DNA of 64,000 bases, from the NCBI GenBank assembly GCA_041644975.1, contig JBAZQX010000001.1, forward strand, positions 39,274 to 103,273, given 5' to 3'. Made by a program: the position numbers and the translations under genes. Of the stretch, positions 39,062-48,937 are shown in pieces. How positions within the stretch are numbered: the first letter of the stretch is position 1; every line of letters begins with the position of its first letter. Source of the DNA: Candidatus Doudnabacteria bacterium (lineage in GTDB: Bacteria > Patescibacteriota > JAQUNI01). A model generated the notes under the pieces. That model was given only the letters and a program-made list of their open reading frames with translations. It searched no databases and had not been told where the DNA came from.

Positions 39062-39161
39062 TTTATGTCCGCTTGAGGCGGATGACACAGGATTTCGCTT
39101 TTCTTAAAAAATCCCTCTTGGAGCCGATGCTTATGAACCGTAAGTCTATGGAGGGTTTCAC
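39062..39161 (-). repeat. Family A element
   Basis: Reverse complement reads GTGAAACCCTCCATAGACTTACGGTTCATAAGCATC...GCGAAATCCTG. Confidence 0.65.
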
Positions 39162-39268
39162 TTCATAGAGCACAATCTTTTTAAAAAAGGATACTTGGAG
39201 GAGTTGCTTTAAAAGAACCCTTTTCAAAATTTTTAGAGGGGAGAATTTGCAAAAATAGAAGCCTCGTT

Positions 39269-40342
39269 TTAACTTAAGTCCCTACCTAATTTTTTTTGAG
39301 CCATCATTAGAACCCGAGTTAAACCTTCTTGGAGAGAAATTTTGGGAACCCAATTTAATTTTTTTCGCATATAATTTATATCCGCATAACGCGAATATAC
39401 TCCAGTGGGTTTATCCACTAGGGGTTTAATTTGGGGTTTATAACCTGCGATTTCAGCATACATCTGTGCCACCTCTTTAAAGGTGGTAATTTTGCCCGAT
39501 CCTATATTAATACCACTACCATCTGTTATCTTTTGAATAGCTAAGAGCATAGCATCAATACAATCTTCAATATGGACAAAATCACGACCCTGGTCGCCTG
39601 ATCCCCAAATTACTACTGGATCGTCGCGCCGGGCTACCCTTTCAGCAATAGCGGGAATGGGATAAGTTAAATCTTGATCTTCTCCATAACCGGAAAAGGG
39701 GCGCACGCATGCTACCTTCAGGCCGTATTTTTCTACCGCAATTTGACTTAAGTATTCCCCTGTTAATTTACTCCAACCATAGGTCATATCTGGTTGGCCA
39801 AGGTTTATATTGAATTGGATATATTTTTCTTTTAGGGCTAGAGCGCGCTTTTTTGCTTGGAGATTGATAGGATAGGCTGCACTGGAGCTAGCATAAAGAA
39901 CGCGATCAATTTTTTGTTTATTTTGTGTAGCCCATAAGAAGAAAGAAGCGTCAATTGCTAAATCAATGGCTACAGCCATAGGATTGCCTTCGATTTTTGC
40001 TCGACCGCCGACGACCGAGGCAAGGTGAAAGACATTACTAAAATTAGGTAGATGATGTGCACGCGTAAAATTGCCCAAGCCCAGTTGTTGACTGAAGAAT
40101 CTTATGGCATCATCTTTAACAAAAGTAATTTTTTGTTTTTTGTTTTGATAAATATAAACATTAGCTTGATGTTTGATGAGGCGGAACTTCTCGGGAAGCC
40201 ATTTGGTGGGGTGCAGACCAGTACTTAAGTCATCAATAATCCAGATTGATTTACCTTGTTTAATTAAACGGTTCACTAAATGGCGTCCGACAAAGCCGCA
40301 ACCACCAGTGACTAGATGAGATTTTGTTTGGGATTGAGCCAT
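39269..40342 (-). CDS. NAD-dependent nucleotide-sugar epimerase/dehydratase (extended SDR)
   Basis: TGGCGFVG, FHLASVVGG, ASSSAAY, YGWSK and WGSGDQGRDF. Confidence 0.88.
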   Translation of the reverse strand: MAQSQTKSHLVTGGCGFVGRHLVNRLIKQGKSIWIIDDLSTGLHPTKWLPEKFRLIKHQANVYIYQNKKQKITFVKDDAIRFFSQQLGLGNFTRAHHLPNFSNVFHLASVVGGRAKIEGNPMAVAIDLAIDASFFLWATQNKQKIDRVLYASSSAAYPINLQAKKRALALKEKYIQFNINLGQPDMTYGWSKLTGEYLSQIAVEKYGLKVACVRPFSGYGEDQDLTYPIPAIAERVARRDDPVVIWGSGDQGRDFVHIEDCIDAMLLAIQKITDGSGINIGSGKITTFKEVAQMYAEIAGYKPQIKPLVDKPTGVYSRYADINYMRKKLNWVPKISLQEGLTRVLMMAQKKLGRDLS

Positions 40343-40509
40343 AAATTTTGTTAGTTTAATTGTAAAAATCACAAGTGTTATTTTGATTTTCTTATTAAGG
40401 GAATTGAGAAAAAATCCTCATTATTTTGTGCGTTAATATCAAGCTCAATGGTTTTTTCTAAGAGAAGAGTCACTTTTTGGCTGTAAATAACGCGAGGATT
40501 GCTCACAGT

Positions 40510-41247
40510 TTAATTATTATTTTTTAAAATTTGTTTGCGTTTATATCCCCACACCCGGAAAGCAATAGGGAAGTATTGAAAATTGCGCCAAAAAGAATTA
40601 GAGGATTGACCTTCAGCTCTTGACTGCCAGCGCGAGGGGACCTCTTTGATCCGGCAACCTAGCTTGATGGGTTTGAGCAATGTTTCCAGGAGAAAGGGAT
40701 GTTTTAATTCTTCCCATCGGATGTTTTGGATAAGAGAGGTTTTAAAAAGACGGAAACCATAAGTCATGTCAGTAAAATTTACACCATAGAGCAGGGAAAA
40801 GAACTTTTGAAAAATCCAGTTGGCTATGTATTTAGCCGGGTTGTACCCTTTGAAACCTCCACCTTGGATCCAGCGTGATGCCGTGACTATATCCCAATTT
40901 CCCTTTTTGATCTCCTTGATCATTATAGGAACAGTATCTGGATTTGTTTCCAAGTCACTCGCCATCATCAGGGCATAGTCACCACGTACTATTTGAAAGG
41001 CATCGCGCATCGCTCCTCCTAGGTAGGGCAGCTTCTGTTTATGTATTTTGATTAGTTGGGGAAATTTACTTTTGATCTTTTGGCAAAGGTCTACACTTTC
41101 AGGAATACTCTTGGGCGAGATCATAATGATGATTTCGTAAATGTCTTGAGAATTTGTTTTGAATAATCGCCTTAAGGTTTCTATGAGCGACTTGCGTTCA
41201 TTCATTACCGGTAGGATTATAGAAACTTTAGTTTTCATTTTTTTCAT
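40510..41247 (-). CDS. GT2 DPM1-like polyprenyl-phosphate glycosyltransferase
   Basis: ILPVMNE, SDLE, ASRW..GG and TDMTYGFRLF; soluble, 245 aa. Confidence 0.85.
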   Translation of the reverse strand: MKKMKTKVSIILPVMNERKSLIETLRRLFKTNSQDIYEIIIMISPKSIPESVDLCQKIKSKFPQLIKIHKQKLPYLGGAMRDAFQIVRGDYALMMASDLETNPDTVPIMIKEIKKGNWDIVTASRWIQGGGFKGYNPAKYIANWIFQKFFSLLYGVNFTDMTYGFRLFKTSLIQNIRWEELKHPFLLETLLKPIKLGCRIKEVPSRWQSRAEGQSSNSFWRNFQYFPIAFRVWGYKRKQILKNNN

Positions 41248-41284
41248 TTATTTTAGTCATTTTGTAATTTAATCATATTAATGT

Positions 41285-41313
41285 AAAATATAATTTTATT
41301 TTAATTATGTCAA
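41285..41313 (-). promoter_or_regulatory. Possible sigma70 promoter for the GT2-epimerase-RGP-flippase-GT-C sub-operon
   Basis: Minus strand TTGACA-17 nt-TATTTT, about 40 nt before the GT2 start; AT-rich background makes chance matches possible. Confidence 0.4.
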
Positions 41314-41411
41314 GGTTTTTATTTTGCCAACGAAAGGGACATTTTATTTTAACCAATTTAACCAAAACATTCTTTTACTCAAGATTCAATCTTTATAAGT
41401 AGTTATAATGT

Positions 41412-43178
41412 CTAAAAATTTATTTTAAGGTTTGCTTTCGGAGTTAATTTTTTCCACTCGCGGAAGGTTAGAAATGTAATAATCAAAAATATGAGGAAGA
41501 ATAAAAATAAACCGCTCCCTATTTGCAAGGCTAAGTGTTTGGAAATAGCTTTTTGGATATATTCGCTAGCAGCATATTTACCAGTAAAAGTAAGGGTATT
41601 GGTTAAAAAATAAAGAGTGAGAATAATTCCAGATAAAACCTTGCACTGGGAAAGCAAGAAATCAAGGGCTAAAAATAAGATCATCAAAGCAGTAAAGTAC
41701 AGATACGCCAGAGGCCCGTGGTAATGATAATAGCCAATCAAGCAAAGGTAAAAGATGAGAGGAAAGATTAAAAAAGCAATAGTGTATTTTTTGTATTTTT
41801 GCCAAGAGGATATAGCGCCATAAATAGTAAATGGAAATAAGAAAACACCTACTGCTCCCCAGAGACAGAATTCAGAAATTAGTTCCATAATTTTCCCTAA
41901 ATTATAGCCGGGAGGTAACATACGCAATTGTGCCAAGGGATTGGGGACAAAGAAAGTCATAAAATTGTAAAATTTATTGGCAATAATTGTTTGTGGAGAT
42001 GTGTGGGTTAAGCTTGAAAATATATTGCGAGGATCTGTCACAAGTTGATCGCTGTTTTGAGCTACAGGATATAAATATATTGAAAGAGCATTATTTTTCA
42101 ATCCTTCATGGAGAAGTATCCAATAGAACCAAGGGAGGAAGAAGATAACGGAAATCAGTAATAAATACTTCAAAGAGAGGAGTATCTTTTTTAGTTCTCT
42201 TGTTTTCAAATAAACAAAAAGATAAATTGCCAAAATGCCAATGATTGAGCAGGTGTGGGTAAAAAGAGATAAAGTAGCGATTGTGCCGATCAAGAAATAG
42301 TCAGCAGCCTTTTTGTTATCCTTTAAGAAAAGATAAAGTAAAGTAAATAAAAAATAGAGCGTTAAAATTTTCTGTGGCGAATAAATAGTCCAACGCAGCA
42401 TAAAAGGGGCGGATAAGGCGAAGAGGCAGCCAATTTTTGCTGTTTTGGGACTGAAGAGTTTAATGAGCAAAAAATAAGCAGGAATAATATAGGTTATATC
42501 AATGGCGAAGCAAAGCATCTGGTAAATAAAAGGATCGTTGCCAAAGATTTTTAAAAAAGGAATAGAGATGATTGCTAAATAAGGCGTGCGAGTTCCAAGC
42601 TGCCAACCACCGACCAGAAAAGACACAGCTTCCCCAGAATAGAGTTTATGGATTAAGGCTTGGGCCACGCCATACATCATATAATAATCAATCTGACCGC
42701 GATAGTGTTTGATACTATTTAGATAAGATGGAAGACCCGGAAAAAACATCTCGGGAACAATGCTGATTATTACCATCATCGTTCCGATGAGTAAAAAGAT
42801 CAGAGCGAGATAAACCCAAACAGGATGGTCAATTTGTTGGTAAAGCTTAAGGAACCATTTATTTTTTAGAAAGAAGAATAGACTAATAAGGCTCAAAACA
42901 AAATAAAGTATACTCCACAGAACAATTTGACCAGAGATGAGACCCAAAAGTGAAAAGATAAAAACGATTAATGTGCCGCACGCAAAACTTAGAATAACTT
43001 TGTCCTGTTCTTTAAAATTTTTGCAAAGTAGATTTAATATTGTATAGCCTGGTAAAAATATAGCAAGAAGAAAAGCTAAAGCAGGCACAAAATATTTCCA
43101 AGCGCCGCTTAAAATACTGGTTAATAGGATTATTAAGACACAGAGACTTAAAGCTGATTTCTTTAATATTATCTTCAT
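41412..43178 (-). CDS. Polytopic membrane protein, probable GT-C fold glycosyltransferase
   Basis: About 14 TM, FLPGY N-terminus, acidic first loop (IDY), RTP, and YSPQK/TH motifs. Confidence 0.55.
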   Translation of the reverse strand: MKIILKKSALSLCVLIILLTSILSGAWKYFVPALAFLLAIFLPGYTILNLLCKNFKEQDKVILSFACGTLIVFIFSLLGLISGQIVLWSILYFVLSLISLFFFLKNKWFLKLYQQIDHPVWVYLALIFLLIGTMMVIISIVPEMFFPGLPSYLNSIKHYRGQIDYYMMYGVAQALIHKLYSGEAVSFLVGGWQLGTRTPYLAIISIPFLKIFGNDPFIYQMLCFAIDITYIIPAYFLLIKLFSPKTAKIGCLFALSAPFMLRWTIYSPQKILTLYFLFTLLYLFLKDNKKAADYFLIGTIATLSLFTHTCSIIGILAIYLFVYLKTRELKKILLSLKYLLLISVIFFLPWFYWILLHEGLKNNALSIYLYPVAQNSDQLVTDPRNIFSSLTHTSPQTIIANKFYNFMTFFVPNPLAQLRMLPPGYNLGKIMELISEFCLWGAVGVFLFPFTIYGAISSWQKYKKYTIAFLIFPLIFYLCLIGYYHYHGPLAYLYFTALMILFLALDFLLSQCKVLSGIILTLYFLTNTLTFTGKYAASEYIQKAISKHLALQIGSGLFLFFLIFLIITFLTFREWKKLTPKANLKINF

Positions 43179-43215
43179 TTCAATCTTAGGAGGTGTTATG
43201 ATGTATATTTAAATT

Positions 43216-44301
43216 TCATCTTTTGTTTAATAAAATATCCAGAATTCTTTGTCCCGCGTGTCCATCTCCAAAAGGATTACGCCATTTTTTTTCTTTCCGC
43301 CATGCCATCTTTAAAGCGCAATTCAGAATCTTTTGGGGCTCGGTGCCGCTTAAAATATTTGCCCCTATTTCCAGGGTCTCGGGTCGTTCTGTGTTATCAC
43401 GTAGGGTAACGCAGGGCACTTTTAAGATACAAGCTTCTTCTTGGATGCCGCCGGAATCAGTTAAAATGAGTCTGGCGTTTTTTTCTAACAATAAAAAATT
43501 CAGATATCCTAAAGGCGGGATCAACTTTATTTTAGGTGTGATTTTGAGCCCGAAAAACTTGATCATTTTTTGGGTGCGCGGATGAATAGGGTAAACAATA
43601 GGTAAATGAAACTGATGATAAATTAGCTGCAAACCTTGCAGAATGTTTTTTAATCTTAGTGGTTTATCTGTGTTTTCTTGGCGGTGCACTGTGACGAGAA
43701 TGTATTGGCCTTTTTTTATTTTTAAACTTTTGAGGATTTCAGTTTTCCCTTGTTTGATTTTAAGATTTTGTTTTAGGGCATCAACAATGGTATTGCCTGT
43801 CAGAAAAATTTTTTCTTTGGGGATTCCCTCAGATTTTAGGGTTTTAACAGCATTCCTCGTAGGGGCAAAAAGATAATCCGAGCAATGATCAGCAAGGATG
43901 CGGTTAATTTCTTCCGGCATCTGACGGTAATAGCTGCGCAACCCTGCTTCTATATGGCCAAGTTGGATACCATTGAGTTTTGAGACGGCAAGCGCTGCCG
44001 CAAGGACGGTGTTGGTGTCCCCTTCGGTTAAAATAATACTAGGTTTTTCTTTGAGGAGCACCTTTTCAATTCTAATCAACATTTTTCCAGTCGTTTCGGC
44101 ATGTGTTCCTGATCCCACTTTTAAGTTATATTTTGCTTTGGGTAATTTGAGCTCCTGAAAAAAGACCTCACCTAGGTTCTTTGCGTAATGTTGATTGGTG
44201 TGCAGGAGGAAGAACTTAATTTTACGTTTTTGGCACTCTCTGATTATGGGTGACATTTTAATGATTTCCGGTCTTGTGCCTAAGATGATGCCGATTTTCA
44301 T
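43216..44301 (-). CDS. wecB: UDP-N-acetylglucosamine 2-epimerase (non-hydrolysing)
   Basis: GTRPEIIK, GDTNT, HIEAGLRS, MPEEINR, HRQEN, TDSGGIQEEA, TERPE and NPFGDG. Confidence 0.95.
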   Translation of the reverse strand: MKIGIILGTRPEIIKMSPIIRECQKRKIKFFLLHTNQHYAKNLGEVFFQELKLPKAKYNLKVGSGTHAETTGKMLIRIEKVLLKEKPSIILTEGDTNTVLAAALAVSKLNGIQLGHIEAGLRSYYRQMPEEINRILADHCSDYLFAPTRNAVKTLKSEGIPKEKIFLTGNTIVDALKQNLKIKQGKTEILKSLKIKKGQYILVTVHRQENTDKPLRLKNILQGLQLIYHQFHLPIVYPIHPRTQKMIKFFGLKITPKIKLIPPLGYLNFLLLEKNARLILTDSGGIQEEACILKVPCVTLRDNTERPETLEIGANILSGTEPQKILNCALKMAWRKEKKWRNPFGDGHAGQRILDILLNKR

Positions 44302-44346
44302 GGAAGATTAATGTTTATATACGCCTTCTATAAGGGAGGAATGAAT

Positions 44347-45522
44347 TTATAATTTTTTTAATAAATTGATTTCTGTTTGGGCAATTTTGTTCCAGTCGAA
44401 TTGTTGGACATATTGATAACCAGCCTCTGCCTGTTTCTTTCTTAAAAGATCATTTTTCAGATAATGATTAATCTTCATTGCAAATTCATCTTTTTTGCCC
44501 ACGGGAACAGATATAAAATTATCCTGCCAAACCATTGTTAGCGCCGGCAGAGCATAGGCGATTACAGGAAGCCGGCACGCCATTGCTTCGCCTATGACAA
44601 TTGCCCAATTTTCTTCATAGCTGGGGAGAATAAACAAACGGGCTTGGCTTAAAGTTTTGATCTTACATTCAAAGTCCAGAATCGGTCCTAAAAAGAGAAT
44701 ATTTTTTTCCAATTTTTGTTCTTTGATGCGAGTGCGGAGTGCCTTTTCATCTTCTCCTCCGCCAATAATAATTAATTGAGCATTGGGATTTTTTTGCATC
44801 ACTTGTTGCCAGATAGGAATTAAATCAAATACACCCTTTACTGCTTGGATTCTTTTCATAAACACAGCGGTATATTTTTTTTCGTGAATCTGTGAAGCTA
44901 GATGATTAATTTTTTGCAAATGGATACCGCATTTTACAGGAAAAATTTTTCTATGTGTAATTTTGAGCTTGTAAAGCTGTTCAGCTGTGGTTTCACTTAC
45001 TGCAAATATGGTTTGAGCAAAGTACTTGATTAACAGGACGCTTATTCTTTCGGCAATTAAGAAAAGGAGAGAATAAATAAGTTTTGATTCTTGACGTCGC
45101 CAGAATTTTAAACCGGGAACCCAATGTACGACTGCCGCCCATTTAATTTTTTTGCTCATACATTTAAGCTTTAAGGCAGGAATGATATCCCAAAGCAGTT
45201 CATTGGCGGAGTAAATGACGCCTTCCCGGAATTTTTTAAGTTGTTTTGGTATCCAGAACAATAGCTTTAAACTTAAGAAAACATAATCTAATTTTCCGGC
45301 ATAATTTCTTTTTTGAAATAAATTATAAGTGATTACATTCTTTAGGTTAAAGATACGGCAGAATGTTTCTCCCCCGCTAGAAACCAAAAGATGGGTTTCC
45401 CAATTATTTTTGAGCGCTCCCCTTATTATTTCAGCTAACCGCACTTCTCCCCCGGAAAATCCTCCCTTTGATAATTCTTTAGAAATGCCCGTACAGATAA
45501 AAAGAATTTTATTTTTCATCAT
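44347..45522 (-). CDS. GT4 glycosyltransferase
   Basis: SGGEV, R...KG and PSYEENWAIVIGEAM. Confidence 0.85.
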   Translation of the reverse strand: MMKNKILFICTGISKELSKGGFSGGEVRLAEIIRGALKNNWETHLLVSSGGETFCRIFNLKNVITYNLFQKRNYAGKLDYVFLSLKLLFWIPKQLKKFREGVIYSANELLWDIIPALKLKCMSKKIKWAAVVHWVPGLKFWRRQESKLIYSLLFLIAERISVLLIKYFAQTIFAVSETTAEQLYKLKITHRKIFPVKCGIHLQKINHLASQIHEKKYTAVFMKRIQAVKGVFDLIPIWQQVMQKNPNAQLIIIGGGEDEKALRTRIKEQKLEKNILFLGPILDFECKIKTLSQARLFILPSYEENWAIVIGEAMACRLPVIAYALPALTMVWQDNFISVPVGKKDEFAMKINHYLKNDLLRKKQAEAGYQYVQQFDWNKIAQTEINLLKKL

Positions 45523-45599
45523 TTTTTATTTAACTGTCTCCTTTTGAGTCTTAAGCTCTGGCCTTTCAGCATAGAACAGTAGAGTTTAATGAGAAAGAT

Positions 45600-46706
45600 T
45601 TAGTGGAAATAACTTTTTATTGCGTTCGTGATGTAAATAATTTCTTTTTCTTTTAGTTCGGGAAATAGAGGCAGAGAGAGAATTGTGGTGGCACATTCTT
45701 CCGTGATGGGTAGATCACCCTTTTTGTATTCTAACTCTTTGTAGGCTTTTTGGAGATGGATAGGAACGGGGTAATGAATTAAAGTTTGGATTCCTTTACT
45801 CTCCAGATGTTTTTTAAAGCCATCCCTATCATTTTGGCAACGAATTACATAGAGATGATAAATATGATATCCATATTTTGGTTTTTGAGGCAAGGATATT
45901 TGGGGAACATTTCTAAGCAGCTTTGAATAGAGATTAGCGTGTTTCATCCTTTGTTGATTAAAGGAATCTAAATGTTTTAATTTAAATCTTAAGATCGCAG
46001 CTTGCAGTTCATCTAGACGGCTGTTAGTGCCTTTCATAGTGTAAATATCCCTTTCTTTGCGGCCATAAAAGCGAAGCATTTTAAGCCTTTCGGCGATTTT
46101 TTTCTGATTAGTAACAATCATTCCCCCATCGCCGTAAGCACCGAGATTTTTTGTGGGGTAGAAGCTAAAACAACCAGTGATTCCAAACCCACCTACCTTT
46201 TTGCCTTTGTATTTTGCGCCGTGAGCTTGACAGGCATCTTCAATCACAGCAAGTTTATATTTCTTGGCAACTTTCAGAATGGGTGCCAAGTTACAACTTT
46301 GCCCATACAGATGGACAGGGATAATTGCCCTGGTTTTGGGAGTAATATGTTTTTTTAAAAGATCTGGATTGAGAGTGTAGAATGTCGGGTCAATATCTAC
46401 AAACACAGGTTTGGCATTGATTTGAGAGATTGCTGCCGCTGTTGCTTGGGCTGTATTCGCTACGGTGATTACTTCATCATCCTTGCCGATTCCCAAAACT
46501 TTCAAGGAGAGAGTTAAGGCATCAGTGCCCGAGGCTACGCCGATGGCAAACTTTACACCTATATATCGGGCGAATTCTTCTTCAAATTGTTCTACTTCTG
46601 GTCCTAAAATAAAGCAGTCTTTTTGGAAGACCCTTCGGAGAATACTATTAATTTCTTTACGGAAAATCCGGTATTGTCTTTTTAAAGTGAAGAAAGGAAT
46701 TTGCAT
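45600..46706 (-). CDS. DegT/DnrJ/EryC1/StrS sugar aminotransferase
   Basis: SGTDAL, PVHLYG, EDACQAHG, SFYPTKNLG (PLP Lys) and NSRLDELQA. Confidence 0.93.
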   Translation of the reverse strand: MQIPFFTLKRQYRIFRKEINSILRRVFQKDCFILGPEVEQFEEEFARYIGVKFAIGVASGTDALTLSLKVLGIGKDDEVITVANTAQATAAAISQINAKPVFVDIDPTFYTLNPDLLKKHITPKTRAIIPVHLYGQSCNLAPILKVAKKYKLAVIEDACQAHGAKYKGKKVGGFGITGCFSFYPTKNLGAYGDGGMIVTNQKKIAERLKMLRFYGRKERDIYTMKGTNSRLDELQAAILRFKLKHLDSFNQQRMKHANLYSKLLRNVPQISLPQKPKYGYHIYHLYVIRCQNDRDGFKKHLESKGIQTLIHYPVPIHLQKAYKELEYKKGDLPITEECATTILSLPLFPELKEKEIIYITNAIKSYFH

Positions 46707-47719
46707 CAAGATAAATAATATTTTTGATAACGTCGGTAATAGTTAAATGTTTTTCTTAAACCCTCTTTTAGACTGATCCGAGGTTGCCAGTCTAAAGCTT
46801 TTTTGATCTTTTGAAAACTGCAATAGCAGTCGCCAATATCAATTTTTTTCTTTTCGGGTGGAAAGGGTGTTAATTTGTAATTGCCACGGCCATAAATTTT
46901 AATCATCAATTTTGCAATATTTTTGAGGGTAATAGGTTTGGGATGTCCTAGGTTGAAAATCTCACCATTAGTTTTCGGGGAAGCTGCAGCTTTTAAAAAT
47001 GCTTCCACGACATCATCTACATAATTTAAGTCCCGACGTTGCATTCCGTCACCAAAGATATTAATTTCTCCATTGGTCAAAATCTGATGGATAAACCAGC
47101 CGATGAAACCTTGCCGGTTATGTCTGATCAGTTGTCTGGGACCGTAAGTATTCGTTAAGCGGAGAGCAGTGGTGGGCAGGCCGTAAATTTTATTGTAGAG
47201 GATATGATACCATTCCCCTGCCATTTTATTGATGCCATTTATATCTGCAGGCCGCAGAATGTGTTTTTCATCCACAGGAAGATAGTCGGGGTGGCCATAA
47301 ATCTGGCGAGTAGATGCAAAAATAATTTTTACACCAGGATTATATTTGCGACAGGCTTCAAGGAGGGAAAGCTGACTGGCACAATTTATTTCTAGATCTT
47401 TTTGGGGATTTTCCATACTGTCAATATGACTCACTTGTCCGGCAAGATTAAAAATATAGTCACATTTTCGAACCAGGTATGTCATACTATGCTTATCGCG
47501 CATATCCGAAATATTAACTTTGACTTTGCGGCGAATGTCTTTAATATTAAAAATATTGCCTCCATGGTCCGGAACTAGAGAATCTATAATTAAAATTTTA
47601 GCATTAAGTTTTACTAGCCTTTGCGCTAGATTACTGCCAATAAAACCCAATCCTCCTGTAATCATTATTTTTTTGTGGGTAAAGGTATTTTTTAAATTAA
47701 ATTTAGATTTAGGTTCCAT
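46706..47719 (-). CDS. NAD-dependent epimerase/dehydratase
   Basis: TGGLGFIG, LAGQVSH, STRQIYG, NGINK (Asn at the usual catalytic Tyr position) and RLTNTYGP. Confidence 0.85.
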   Translation of the reverse strand: MEPKSKFNLKNTFTHKKIMITGGLGFIGSNLAQRLVKLNAKILIIDSLVPDHGGNIFNIKDIRRKVKVNISDMRDKHSMTYLVRKCDYIFNLAGQVSHIDSMENPQKDLEINCASQLSLLEACRKYNPGVKIIFASTRQIYGHPDYLPVDEKHILRPADINGINKMAGEWYHILYNKIYGLPTTALRLTNTYGPRQLIRHNRQGFIGWFIHQILTNGEINIFGDGMQRRDLNYVDDVVEAFLKAAASPKTNGEIFNLGHPKPITLKNIAKLMIKIYGRGNYKLTPFPPEKKKIDIGDCYCSFQKIKKALDWQPRISLKEGLRKTFNYYRRYQKYYLS

Positions 47720-47751
47720 ACTACTGAGTTTTTTTTCTTAATATACAATAT

Positions 47752-48927
47752 TTAAGATATATTGTGATATAGGTTTTGATAAGCCTTCAGAATAAGGCGT
47801 GCAGAGGCATCACTTAATTTGTTAACATGTTTTAGTCCTTTTTGCGCCATTTGTTGAAGCAAGAGAGGATTTTTATAGGCAAGATTAATTTTGTCAGCTA
47901 GAGCTTTTTCTTTTGTTTTGACAATAAAAGCAAAATTCTTGTTTAATGTATAAGGTTTTGCCCCGCGATTGGTGACAATTATTGGTGTGCCACACGCTAA
48001 GGCCTCATTTATGGCACGTGACATATCTTCATGATAGCGTGCCGGATAACAAAAGATATCTGCTGCATTATAATACCATGATAACTGATTGTAAGGGATA
48101 TTGCAGACAAAATTAAAATTCTTCAGTTTTTTCTTAGCATTTTTAATTTGGGGCAGAAGCGGACCCTCATCACCTACTATGAAAAAATTAATTTTCTGCA
48201 ATCTCTTTGCAAGTTTAATAATTAAATCCGCTCCTTTTAAATAGATTAAGCGTCCAATAAAAATGACAGTGAATTTATGGAGGGGCCAGTTTAATTTTTG
48301 ACGCGCCGCATTTTGATTAAGGGGCTGAAAACGTTTTAAGTTAACCCAATGCACAAAGATTTGAATTTTAGAAGGATTAACGCCGATCGTCTCTAATTCT
48401 TTTTTGGAATCCTGCGATTGGGCTAAAATAAGATTATGAGCCGCAAATACTTTTTGTAATAGTCGGGCAAAAAAGGAGCGGGGGCTGAAATTATATATGG
48501 AGTGGGTGCTGGTAATGAGCTTTTTATCCTTAAAAATTTTTTTGAGAATATAACCAATAAAGGCAGCGTTTAAACCATGGCTGTGGATTATATCAATTCG
48601 TTTCCTATTTTTCAACATAAATAAAAAAGAGCGTAAAAGAAGATAGGGGGTGATATATAAGAAGAGTAAGATTTTATGGTTTTCTAAAAGGTGAAAAAGA
48701 TTAAAACCAGGCCAACGGAAGCGATAAATTTCCACTTCACCTCTTTTTTCGTGGGGAGGTCCGGTAGTCCGATTAGTCAGTGGTTGATAGGTCAGAACGT
48801 ACACTTTAAAACTATTTGCATCTAGATAATCACATAAATCATCCAAATGTGTTTCCACCCCGCCCACATTGGGACTAAAACAAGGAGTAAGAATGAGAAT
48901 ATTTTTGCCTCCGTTTTGACATCGCAT
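47752..48927 (-). CDS. GT4 glycosyltransferase
   Basis: PNVGGVETH, GRLIYLKG and EDMSRAINEALACG. Confidence 0.87.
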   Translation of the reverse strand: MRCQNGGKNILILTPCFSPNVGGVETHLDDLCDYLDANSFKVYVLTYQPLTNRTTGPPHEKRGEVEIYRFRWPGFNLFHLLENHKILLFLYITPYLLLRSFLFMLKNRKRIDIIHSHGLNAAFIGYILKKIFKDKKLITSTHSIYNFSPRSFFARLLQKVFAAHNLILAQSQDSKKELETIGVNPSKIQIFVHWVNLKRFQPLNQNAARQKLNWPLHKFTVIFIGRLIYLKGADLIIKLAKRLQKINFFIVGDEGPLLPQIKNAKKKLKNFNFVCNIPYNQLSWYYNAADIFCYPARYHEDMSRAINEALACGTPIIVTNRGAKPYTLNKNFAFIVKTKEKALADKINLAYKNPLLLQQMAQKGLKHVNKLSDASARLILKAYQNLYHNIS

Positions 48928-48937
48928 AATAATGAGA

